The notes beneath the pieces were generated by a model. That model was given only the letters and a program-made list of their open reading frames with translations. It did no database searches and was not told the origin of the DNA. Position numbers and translations under genes: made by a program. From Dehalococcoidia bacterium (lineage in GTDB: Bacteria > Chloroflexota > Dehalococcoidia > Plut-88900), in the NCBI GenBank assembly GCA_965249275.1, contig CBDFLQ010000007.1, forward strand, positions 608,001-672,000: a stretch of 64,000 bases of DNA, in the 5' to 3' direction. This document shows, one piece after another, positions 9,232 to 17,304 of this stretch (position 1 is the first letter of the stretch; each line of letters starts with the position of its first letter).

Positions 9232-10194
9232 ATGGATATCCTCATCTGCAGCGACGGCTTCCCAGCAGTCGTCAGTTCCCTGCAAAAATACCTCCCGTCC
9301 GATAACATCATCCCCTCCGCCATCCCTGACCTTCCTCGCCATCTGCCCAACGCCGATGTCATCATCCCGGCAATGCACCGCGTCGGCCCTGAGGTCATGG
9401 ACGCCACTCGGGCTCGACTGATTAACCAGTTCGGCATAGGTCTGGAGGGTGTGGACATAGATGCAGCCACCGACAGGGGTATCTATGTCGCCAACGTTCC
9501 CGGCTCCCTGGCCACGGGCAACGCTATCTCGGTGGCAGAACTCGCCATCTTTCTAATGCTCGCCCTCGCCCGGAAATATCTCCAGGCACACGCTTCTCTT
9601 CAGGCCGGCGTCTGGGGCCAACCGCAAGGCATGAGTCTGCGAGGCAAGACCGTCGGCATCCTGGGGATGGGTACTATCGGCAAAGCCCTGGCCCGCCGCC
9701 TGCAACCATTCGAGGTTACCCTTTTGGGCATCAAGCGCGACCCCACCACCGGCATCGACGCTGATCTTGACCTGGCTTTCCTCGGCGGACCCTCCGACTT
9801 GCCCAGCGTCCTCTCCCGCTCCGACTTCCTCATCCTCGCCCTCCCCCTCACCCCCGAGACCCGTTCCATCATTGGCAAGAACGAATTTGAGCAGATGAAA
9901 AGCGGCTCCTACATCGTCAATGTCGGACGAGGGGCCGTCATTGACCACGACGCTCTGGTCAAAGCCCTGGCCTCGGGTCACATAGCCGGCGCGGGCCTCG
10001 ATGTCTTCTGGCAGGAACCTGTCGACCCCTCGGACGCCATCTTTGACTACAACGTAATTGCCACACCCCACGTCGCCGGTGTTACGGATACTTCTTACGA
10101 CGAGATCGCCAAGGGTCTCGCAGGCAACGTGGAGCGTATCCGCTCGGGGCTTCCGCCTCTCAACTGTGTCAACCTTTCCGGCATTTCCGGTTAA
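9232..10194 (+). CDS. D-2-hydroxyacid dehydrogenase family protein
   Basis: GILGMGTIG Rossmann motif, NVGRG, AGLDVFWQEP, TPHVAG. Confidence 0.92.
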   Translation: MDILICSDGFPAVVSSLQKYLPSDNIIPSAIPDLPRHLPNADVIIPAMHRVGPEVMDATRARLINQFGIGLEGVDIDAATDRGIYVANVPGSLATGNAISVAELAIFLMLALARKYLQAHASLQAGVWGQPQGMSLRGKTVGILGMGTIGKALARRLQPFEVTLLGIKRDPTTGIDADLDLAFLGGPSDLPSVLSRSDFLILALPLTPETRSIIGKNEFEQMKSGSYIVNVGRGAVIDHDALVKALASGHIAGAGLDVFWQEPVDPSDAIFDYNVIATPHVAGVTDTSYDEIAKGLAGNVERIRSGLPPLNCVNLSGISG

Positions 10195-10778
10195 GGCACC
10201 AACACCTCGTCCTTCCACCCATCTTTTGTCTTAGTGTAGCGGTGCCGGTCGTGAAGCCGCCCCTCCCCCGAGTGCCAAGTCTCGATCTGCTCCGGTACCA
10301 CGTACACTCCCTTCAGCGACTCAGGCAGGGGAATGTTGTCCTTGTCGGGATACCGCTTTTCCAACTCCTCAATTCCTGCGACCAAGTGGTCCCGAGACGG
10401 TACAACGGTGGTCTGCGGTTCAAAGGTCGGGTAGTACATCTCCAGCAACTTGGACCCGTGGCTCTTGTAGTTCCAGAACCGGCGCGCCTCCTCTTCTTCC
10501 ATCGACACCATCCGACCCCTGACCCGGTACTGCCGAGAAACCGTGGGCCAATATATCAGAAGCTCGAACCCCCGCCCCGACTCCAATTCTGCCCATTTCA
10601 CGCTCAGGCCGTTTAGCAGCAGCCCAAATCCTCGATGGTCGACGTCCCGGAGCGAAATCGCCCGCACCGCCCCGCCCCCGTCCTCCGACACCGTAGCCAA
10701 GAAGCAAACGTTCGCATTCAAATCCCCCCTCTCCCGGGCCTTCTCCCTCTCCGAAACTATCTCATCTATCGGGTCCAA
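10191..10778 (-). CDS. Pyridoxamine 5'-phosphate oxidase-like FMN-binding protein
   Basis: FLATVS, YWPTVSRQYRVRG and IETWHSGEGRLHDRHRY (PdxH-like C-terminal motif). Confidence 0.8.
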   Translation of the reverse strand: MDPIDEIVSEREKARERGDLNANVCFLATVSEDGGGAVRAISLRDVDHRGFGLLLNGLSVKWAELESGRGFELLIYWPTVSRQYRVRGRMVSMEEEEARRFWNYKSHGSKLLEMYYPTFEPQTTVVPSRDHLVAGIEELEKRYPDKDNIPLPESLKGVYVVPEQIETWHSGEGRLHDRHRYTKTKDGWKDEVLVP

Positions 10779-10839
10779 GGTTTTTCTCCTAGCTCATGTT
10801 CAATGTTCATGCATTTCCTAGTCGTCGTCATTCTAAAAT

Positions 10840-10868
10840 TGGACACCACCCCTCCCCCCGTGTATCAT
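10840..10868 (+). promoter_or_regulatory. Sigma-70 promoter for the DEAD-box helicase
   Basis: TGGACA-17 bp-TATCAT. Confidence 0.6.
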
Positions 10869-10911
10869 ATCTCTAGTAGAAATTAATATATCACCTCCAG
10901 GACATCGACCC

Positions 10912-12168
10912 ATCACCACAACCCGCAAGCGTTCCGGCCCCTCCGGTCGTCCCCGATATGACAGGAATCGCCCCCGTCCCCACTCCCCTCAGCCCAACGG
11001 GCGTGAGTTAAGCGGAGCCCCACCCCCCACCCCTCGAATTGAGGGCCCGTCCGGACTTTTCGGCAACATCCCCGTCTCCGCACCAATCCTACGCGCCCTA
11101 TCCGAGATGGGATACACTACTCCCACCCCCATCCAGGAACAGACCGCGCCGATTCTCTTCGAACGAAAGGACTTGGTCGGGCAGGCACAGACCGGAAGCG
11201 GCAAGACAACCGCCTTTGGCCTGCCCATGATCGAGGCCGTTGACCCTGACCTCAACCGTATACAGGGCCTCGTCCTGGTCCCCACCCGCGAGCTCGCCCT
11301 CCAGGTCACTGGAGAGGTCAACCGGCTTGCCGCCTACGCCGGTATTCACGTCGTTCCAATCTACGGCGGCGAACCCATTGCACGGCAGTTCCGAGCCCTC
11401 GATAGAGGCGCCCATATCATTGTCGGGACCCCGGGCCGGGTCATCGACCACCTGACTCGCGGCACCATCGACCTCTCTCAGGTCAGGTTCGCCGTCCTCG
11501 ACGAAGCCGACGAGATGCTTGACATTGGCTTCGCCCAGGACATGATCAAGATCCTCCGGCGCACTCCCAGGGCCCGACAGACCGCCCTATTCTCCGCCAC
11601 AGTTCCCACCTTTATCCGCCGCCTCATCTACTATCACCTAAAGGACCCCGTCTGGGTCCGTATCGGCGAGGCTATTGAGACCGTCCCAGAAACCGAGCAA
11701 CTCTATTGCGAAGTCGCCGAGCGGGACAAGCTCGCCGGTCTGTTAGAAGTCCTCGGAGACCCCGACACCCAGGACCACTCCATCATCTTCTGTAGAATGC
11801 AGACCCGTGTTGATCGCCTAGCCAACGAGCTCAACCGGCGCGGCTACGACTGCCGGGGCATCCACGGCGGGTTGCCACAAGGTGAGCGGGACTCGGTAAT
11901 GCGAGGCTTTCGCCAAGGTCGGCCCAAGCTTCTCGTCGCCACCAACGTGGCCGCCCGCGGCTTGGACGTTCCCTCCATCAAGTGCGTAATTAATTTTGAC
12001 ATGCCTGACAACGTCGAGGACTACGTCCACCGCATCGGCCGCACCAGCCGCATGGGTCGGCCCGGAACCGCAGTCACCCTGGTCAGCGAGTGGAACCTCG
12101 AGGCATTCGACCAGATCAAGGAGAAGATGGGCGACCATCTTACCGAACGTCAGTTAAGCCTCTACTAG
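10912..12168 (+). CDS. DEAD-box ATP-dependent RNA helicase (start uncertain; probably non-canonical, upstream of ATG 11107)
   Basis: Q motif (F...GYTTPTPIQ), AQTGSGKT, PTRELA, TPGRV, DEAD, SAT, ARGLD, HRIGRTSR. The frame is open back to 10837 with no ATG/GTG/TTG before 11107. Confidence 0.9.
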   Translation: MTTTRKRSGPSGRPRYDRNRPRPHSPQPNGRELSGAPPPTPRIEGPSGLFGNIPVSAPILRALSEMGYTTPTPIQEQTAPILFERKDLVGQAQTGSGKTTAFGLPMIEAVDPDLNRIQGLVLVPTRELALQVTGEVNRLAAYAGIHVVPIYGGEPIARQFRALDRGAHIIVGTPGRVIDHLTRGTIDLSQVRFAVLDEADEMLDIGFAQDMIKILRRTPRARQTALFSATVPTFIRRLIYYHLKDPVWVRIGEAIETVPETEQLYCEVAERDKLAGLLEVLGDPDTQDHSIIFCRMQTRVDRLANELNRRGYDCRGIHGGLPQGERDSVMRGFRQGRPKLLVATNVAARGLDVPSIKCVINFDMPDNVEDYVHRIGRTSRMGRPGTAVTLVSEWNLEAFDQIKEKMGDHLTERQLSLY

Positions 12169-12196
12169 CCCTTCTCACCGCTCCTGACCTCGTTTC

Positions 12197-12565
12197 TCAA
12201 CCCTCTTCCTTCTTAACTCGGCTCGCGCTTATCGTCGCCCCTGCTGTGGCTAGAATTGTTATGTAGAACACCCCACCCACCGCCGCCCCGATAACCAGGG
12301 CTCCCGTCCCTCCTGAAATCACGCTAGTCACAGATGCCAGTACTACAATGACTAACGCCGCGATGGCAGCCAGCAGTAGCCATAGCACAAACCCGAAAGC
12401 CATACCCGCCGCAAACGCCGATTCCGGCCTTTTCTCCCACCTTCCAATCCCGATGAAACCACCCACGAACGGTCCGATGGGCCCGCTTACAAAGTGCACC
12501 ACTGGAATTAGCAACAGCAGCACGGTCACCGCCAATGCCATTAGGGCTCCGCTGATCAGCTGCAT
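12197..12565 (-). CDS. Small hypothetical membrane protein
   Basis: Three to four hydrophobic segments, GPFVGGFIG motif, basic C-terminus. Confidence 0.7.
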   Translation of the reverse strand: MQLISGALMALAVTVLLLLIPVVHFVSGPIGPFVGGFIGIGRWEKRPESAFAAGMAFGFVLWLLLAAIAALVIVVLASVTSVISGGTGALVIGAAVGGVFYITILATAGATISASRVKKEEG

Positions 12566-12582
12566 AAGTTGATGTTCTTTCC

Positions 12583-13569
12583 TTAGTTACCGGGACCCGT
12601 GACAAGTGCCCCCACCGCTATCGAGTCAAGCCCCGCGTCGATCTGGTCCCAATGTTCTCCACTGTCTCCGCTCACGTAGAGCTTTCCGGAGTCGGTGCCG
12701 GCATAGACCCGGTTAGCATCGTGAGGGTCCCACTCATATGCGATTACCATGTCGTCATCTGCGCCAATGTTCAGCTGTGACCAGCTTTCCCCCGCGTCCG
12801 TCGACATATAAGCCCGTGCCCCCGATCTACGCCCCGCATTGTCCGATACCGACACCAGCACCCTCCGATGGTCCTCCGGCGCCGCCGACACGGGCACCGA
12901 GTACCGATTCGCCAGCCCCGAGTTGACTAGCCGCCACGAGTCGCCTCCATCGTCGCTTCTGTAGGGGCCGTTTGCGGTCGCGGTATAAATGGTTTCAGGC
13001 TGGCTCTCACTGATGTGGATCGTGTGGATGTCCGGGTCCGTACCCCCAAGCTGCTCCCAGGTCGCACCCCCATTCCGGCTCCTCACGATTCCACCCACCT
13101 CGATTCCAGCATATATCGAGTCATGGTCCCCAGGCCGGATTCTCAGTTCCCGCACATGGGACTTCCGAGACCCGTGGAACCCCCACTGCGCCGCTTCCGG
13201 CATACCGGCAAAGCCACGGCACTCCTCCCAAGACTCGCCGCCGTCGGTGGAGCGGTAGAGGGCCGCGGGCTCAGCGCCTGCGTATAACAAGTCTCCGTCC
13301 TTGGGGTCAACGGCCACGCTGTGTGCATACGCCTCGGGGTAAGACTTCAACTCGTGCCACGTGGCCCCGCCGTCATCGCTCCGCCACAACCCTGACTCAT
13401 ACGCCGCCAAATACACGCGCCCCGCCGAAGACCTTGATACTGATACCCGGGCCGCAGCATGGTCCAGCGTCAGCGCTCCAACCCTAGTCACTTCCCCGCC
13501 GTTACTGCCGACGTCCAGCACCCGGATCCCGTTGTGAGTCCCTATGTAAAGCCTTGTCGCTTCTTTCAT
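12583..13569 (-). CDS. BNR/Asp-box beta-propeller protein (glycosyl hydrolase/YCF48-like)
   Basis: Repeated SxDGGxTW Asp-boxes (SDDGGATW, STDGGESW, SRNGGATW, SDDGGDSW, STDAGESW); start ATG 13569. Confidence 0.85.
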   Translation of the reverse strand: MKEATRLYIGTHNGIRVLDVGSNGGEVTRVGALTLDHAAARVSVSRSSAGRVYLAAYESGLWRSDDGGATWHELKSYPEAYAHSVAVDPKDGDLLYAGAEPAALYRSTDGGESWEECRGFAGMPEAAQWGFHGSRKSHVRELRIRPGDHDSIYAGIEVGGIVRSRNGGATWEQLGGTDPDIHTIHISESQPETIYTATANGPYRSDDGGDSWRLVNSGLANRYSVPVSAAPEDHRRVLVSVSDNAGRRSGARAYMSTDAGESWSQLNIGADDDMVIAYEWDPHDANRVYAGTDSGKLYVSGDSGEHWDQIDAGLDSIAVGALVTGPGN

Positions 13570-13593
13570 CGGTTGCCTTCCTCTCAAAGTTCC

Positions 13594-14880
13594 CTAGGGA
13601 CCACTCTCCATCTGCGAGGCCTGGGGCATGGGCCTCGCCGCCTGCAAAGACAATATCCCCACTGCATAGATCACAATCACTACAACGAACCCGATGGCAT
13701 AGCTGCCTCGCAGGTCGTACACCGACCCCATAAGCAGTGGCCCCAGCAACGATGAGGATACCGTAGCCATGGTCACGAATCCATATATCGTGCCGAAGTT
13801 TCGCATCCCCACCGTGTCCTGCACCAGGATCGGCAACGCCGACCCCATTCCCCCGAAACCCAACCCCAGTATCGGCGCGAACAACCACAGCGCCGAATAT
13901 CCCGGCAATGTGATGAGCGCCACCAGACAGATGCCCTGTACGAACAAGCTCAGGCTTAGCACTTTCCTGGACGCCAGCCGCTCCGTCAGGTACCCAAACG
14001 ACACCTTGCCCCCCATCCCGAATACCGCCATCAGGCTGAGAAATGCCGCTGCCTGCTCCTTCGGCAGACCCTCGGCCTCTAGGTGAGGAATGATCTGAGT
14101 CAGCATCGCCGAATAGGCAAAGCTGGCTGCCACCGTTCCGATGGTCATCGCATAGACTACGGGGCTGCGGAATGCCTCCCTCACCGTGGCCCCCTTGTCA
14201 GTGGCCAACAACGGAGCCCGAGACCCGGATACAGCAGGTTCCGGTCCGACCTTCCTCTCCCTCACGAACAGCAGCGCCAGCACCCCCACCAGCCCCGATA
14301 GCGCTCCCAACACCGTGAATCCCCACCTCCAGCTCGTTGCCGTAATCAGCGCTCCTATCGAAAACGGCAATATTATCCCCCCGAAGTTTGCCCCCATCGA
14401 CGACACCCCCATCATCCGCCCCCGAGTCCTTGGAAACCAGCTCCCCACCAGCTTCGGCCCAGCAAGCATCGTTGCCCCGGGAAACGCCACGAAATGCACT
14501 AAGCTCAGCAGGTACCAGTGCCACACGTTCTCCATCAGGGGGCGCAGCCCGAAGGTAAGTGCCAAGGTAAGGATTGACGCTGCCATCACCGGTCTCGCGC
14601 CGAACTTGTCCAGGGCCCGCCCTATCAGCGGCGCTACCAACGACGATACGGCGGCGAACGATAAGGACGCGTTCAACTGCGTCCGGTTCCACTCGAACTC
14701 CTTCTCCAGTGGTTCCACGAACAGTCCGAATGAGTAGTGCGTCCCGCCTATCCCGACAGCCATTCCCAGAAACACCACCCCGATAACCGCCCACCCATAG
14801 TCAGGCCTGATCAAGCGTACACCCGAGACCAGCCCTCTCATGTCGAATGAAGCTTGCGATAGACCCTGCTTGAGGTTCAC
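13594..14880 (-). CDS. MFS transporter (OFA/MCT-like)
   Basis: About 12 TM segments; GRALDKFGAR motif A; WFPRTRG. Confidence 0.88.
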   Translation of the reverse strand: MNLKQGLSQASFDMRGLVSGVRLIRPDYGWAVIGVVFLGMAVGIGGTHYSFGLFVEPLEKEFEWNRTQLNASLSFAAVSSLVAPLIGRALDKFGARPVMAASILTLALTFGLRPLMENVWHWYLLSLVHFVAFPGATMLAGPKLVGSWFPRTRGRMMGVSSMGANFGGIILPFSIGALITATSWRWGFTVLGALSGLVGVLALLFVRERKVGPEPAVSGSRAPLLATDKGATVREAFRSPVVYAMTIGTVAASFAYSAMLTQIIPHLEAEGLPKEQAAAFLSLMAVFGMGGKVSFGYLTERLASRKVLSLSLFVQGICLVALITLPGYSALWLFAPILGLGFGGMGSALPILVQDTVGMRNFGTIYGFVTMATVSSSLLGPLLMGSVYDLRGSYAIGFVVVIVIYAVGILSLQAARPMPQASQMESGP

Positions 14881-14929
14881 GTTCCCCTTCGTAAGACCGC
14901 GTCGAGACCATGAAGCTCGAATGCGGCTA

Positions 14930-15880
14930 TCAATTCTGCGATGGGACCTTCATCAGATTTTCGCTCAGCAAACGGATGTGCTCCGGCCCTATTCCGCAGC
15001 ACCCGCCAATGAGCCGGGCCCCGGCTTCCACCCAGGTTTCCGCCTGCCGTAGATAGTCGCCCGGGGAGATCACCGCATCGAAATTCCAGTTTGGACGGCT
15101 CCAGTACCCCGAGTGCGCGTACGCCCCCATGGGCCCGTCCCAGTTCTCTTTCATAACTTCAAGCGATGGCACTATGTACTCCACCTCCGAGTGCATGACA
15201 ATTACCATGTCTCCACCCAGGGACTTCACGCCGTCCAAGACTTCCTCAAAGGTCAGCCCCTCCACAGTCGAATACTCGGACAGCGCCATTACGGGCTTCC
15301 CCGGCTCGACCATGCTGCTCAAGCCCGACCACACCGGTATCCCGGTTGCCAGTGCCGCTTCCACTATCACGCTGGCCCGCTCCACGTCCCTCAGCATCTC
15401 CAGAAGGAACAGATCGACACCCTCCTCCGCCAATATCTCCGCCTGTTCCCGGTAGCTTTCTTTGAGGAGGTCGAGCGGTGGCGACTCGTGCCCCAGAATC
15501 TCGGTGTAAGCCCCGAACGGTGATATCGATCCCGCCACAAGGACTGTCCTCCCCTCTGATGCCTCATCCACCGCTTGTTTGGCCAGCGACACGGCCATTG
15601 CGTTTATCTCCCGGGTCGCATCACCCTGTCCCGCAGCAGACAGGCTGTGTCTCGCCGAGGAGAACGTGTTTGTTGTAATCACGTCGGCCCCCGCACGAAT
15701 GTAATCCTTGTGCACTTCTAGCAGGGTTTCACTGCCAATCTTGCTCCCAAGCCCCGACCACACCAGCTGGTCCATCGGCACCCCCCGCTTTTCTATCTCC
15801 GTGCTGATCGCGCCGTCGAGGAGCACAACCTCTCCCCCGTCCAATCGTTCTTTCACGATGTCGTAAGCTGCGCTGGCCAT
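14930..15880 (-). CDS. Homocysteine S-methyltransferase family protein
   Basis: LLDGAISTE, AGADVITTNTF, VAGSISP, IGGCCGIGPEHI; start ATG 15880 with GGAGGG SD. Confidence 0.88.
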   Translation of the reverse strand: MASAAYDIVKERLDGGEVVLLDGAISTEIEKRGVPMDQLVWSGLGSKIGSETLLEVHKDYIRAGADVITTNTFSSARHSLSAAGQGDATREINAMAVSLAKQAVDEASEGRTVLVAGSISPFGAYTEILGHESPPLDLLKESYREQAEILAEEGVDLFLLEMLRDVERASVIVEAALATGIPVWSGLSSMVEPGKPVMALSEYSTVEGLTFEEVLDGVKSLGGDMVIVMHSEVEYIVPSLEVMKENWDGPMGAYAHSGYWSRPNWNFDAVISPGDYLRQAETWVEAGARLIGGCCGIGPEHIRLLSENLMKVPSQN

Positions 15881-16008
15881 CTGGCAATTCCCTCCCTGCG
15901 TATGGATTCCACCTACGCACATACCCTTGGCCCCGACAGTATATCCCACCTTCTTAAACCGATGGTCTAGCCCACAAACAGGTGTGATATCACTCCGCAC
16001 CTTCCTCC

Positions 16009-16493
16009 CATCCCGAGGCCTCGCGAGGGATCTCAAACGCCTGCTTGCACAACACAAATGCCTATCCGACCATCCTTGTCCCCCTTCCACCCCCTCCCAT
16101 CATTCCCGACCCCTATCGGGCGGAACGTGCGCCTATGGCGTGAATCCATCCCTTACCTCTCTCGTCATTCTCGTGCCCCGACACGGGAATCCATCCCCGG
16201 TGCGGGGCCGCTCATCCTGAGCTAAGTCGAAGGGTCGAGCGATGGGTGGCCCACCTTAGCCAATTCGTTGCCCGTGCCACCCCCCACCCCCTCCCGTCAT
16301 TCCCGGCCCCTATCGGGAATCCATCCCCCTTCCCCCCCAGTACTGAACTAGAGGGAGACGTTGGCGCGTCTGCGCCAACGTCTCCCTCTGTTCTTATCTC
16401 CCCCTCTCTCTTGAAGGCCCTAAGGGTCGAAGATGTCGTAGATGCGCCTGGGCGTGCGCCCGTGGCGTGAGAGGGGGACAAAAGGGGTGAGGG
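16009..16493. repeat. Island of REP-like palindromic elements of several families
   Basis: CATCCCGAGG..GAGGGATCT (16009-16033). Three (G)TCATTCYCG..GAATCC copies (16100-16147, 16164-16192, 16296-16322). GCTCATCCTGAGC..GTCGAAGG (16204-16241). Perfect 18-bp hairpin (16350-16389). CCCCTCTC..GAGAGGGG..GGGTGAGGG (16400-16493). Confidence 0.8.
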
Positions 16494-16541
16494 TTCCCCG
16501 GTGGGGTTGGGGCGGCGTCCCCTAAAAGTGACACGAACCCC

Positions 16542-16571
16542 TTGACCTCACCTGAACATCCGTGCTATTCT
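16542..16571 (+). promoter_or_regulatory. Sigma-70 promoter overlapped by a LexA-like (GAAC-N4-GTTC) box
   Basis: TTGACC-18 bp-TATTCT with TGn extended -10. GAAC-atcc-GTGC at 16554-16565 is one mismatch from the Firmicutes/Dehalococcoides SOS box. Confidence 0.55.
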
Positions 16572-16577
16572 CCCCAC

Positions 16578-17160
16578 CGTTCGAATACCAACCCAACTAT
16601 CTCAAGGAGGAACCAAAAACCCAGGGAAGCCCACCCGACCCACCAGAGGATTCAACGCCTCAGCCCATCCCAACGGCCTTCGCGCAGGCCCGCGGCACAA
16701 GTGACCGGCGCCATCTCCTTTTCCCATCGGGTCCCGTGCCCCTTTCCCTGGTAGTCAGGCGATGGAAGATGCCTGGACGGCGTCATAGTGGACCGGCCAT
16801 CCTCCGCCGAGACCCCGTCTCGGTGGTCGGTTAGCAGCGAGCTTACGCTTTATCAAGCATGGGGTGGCGGACCGGCTATCCCCGTCCGAGACTCCCTCTC
16901 GGAAGTTGGCCCGCCTGCGAGCTTACGCCATATCAAGCAAGGGGCCGTTGGGCCGCCTAGACCCTCGGGTGGCCCACGCAAATACGATATCTGAGGGGGC
17001 TACAGCCCGATCACTGGCCCCCATCATGCCTGTGGGCATTCAGAGGCGGGGTCACAGCCGGACTATCTCCCCGGAAAGTCCGTGTTTATCATCGAGCGTT
17101 AGGGGTGGCAGGGCTTCCATGCCTCGGAGCAGCCCAACATCCGCCAGCAAAACGGGGCAA
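16578..17160 (+). ncRNA. Candidate large structured ncRNA: closed 5' domain plus tandem pseudoknot array
   Basis: No credible ORF; a promoter lies immediately upstream. Contains a 79-80 nt duplicated module and further stem-loops whose C-rich loops pair with a downstream G run. G-U pairs occur on the + strand. Folded by eye only. Confidence 0.45.
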
Positions 17161-17230
17161 AACCGACCAATCAGCGTCTTCCATCGTCAACCCTCCCAAC
17201 AGACAAAACCCCACCCCACCCCACAATCGA

Positions 17231-17255
17231 AGATGGAACATCCGCCTCTGGAGGA
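17231..17255 (+). repeat. Short dispersed repeat AGATGGAACATCCGCCTMTGGAGGA
   Basis: 24/25 identical to 49269-49293. Confidence 0.8.
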
Positions 17256-17304
17256 CTGAAGAAAAGGCCGGTGTGTCACTAATCTACCGAACGAGTACAC
17301 CCGA

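Noticed and set aside
10796-10812. CATGTTCAATGTTCATG repeat as a LexA box
   Set aside because: The halves are direct repeats, not the GAAC-N4-GTTC palindrome; it may be another operator but cannot be assigned.
16604-16645. GGAGGAACC..CCCACCCGAC resembles the c-di-AMP (ydaO) riboswitch
   Set aside because: Lacks the GGGG-GAATC and CAGCTAAC core elements.
16758-16810. GGCGATGGAAGATGCC resembles the 5' half of a fluoride riboswitch
   Set aside because: The required 3' GCTRATGRC pseudoknot partner is absent and no crcB/eriC gene follows.
16849-16890. TTATCAAG..GGTGG resembles the start of a SAM-I riboswitch
   Set aside because: No GAGGGA, GCAACC or closing AGAT, and it is on the wrong strand for the methyltransferase gene.
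16790-16944. CRISPR array or mini-array
   Set aside because: Only two diverged ~80-nt units with conserved internal structure, no unique spacers and no cas genes.
16577-17160. tmRNA (multiple pseudoknots, GTTCGAAT near the 5' end)
   Set aside because: No T-stem around GTTCGAAT, no alanine acceptor stem or CCA end, and no tag reading frame ending in AA-stop.
17073-17212. GGAAAGTCC and ACAAAACCC recall RNase P RNA conserved regions
   Set aside because: Spacing is too short and the other universally conserved RNase P motifs are missing.
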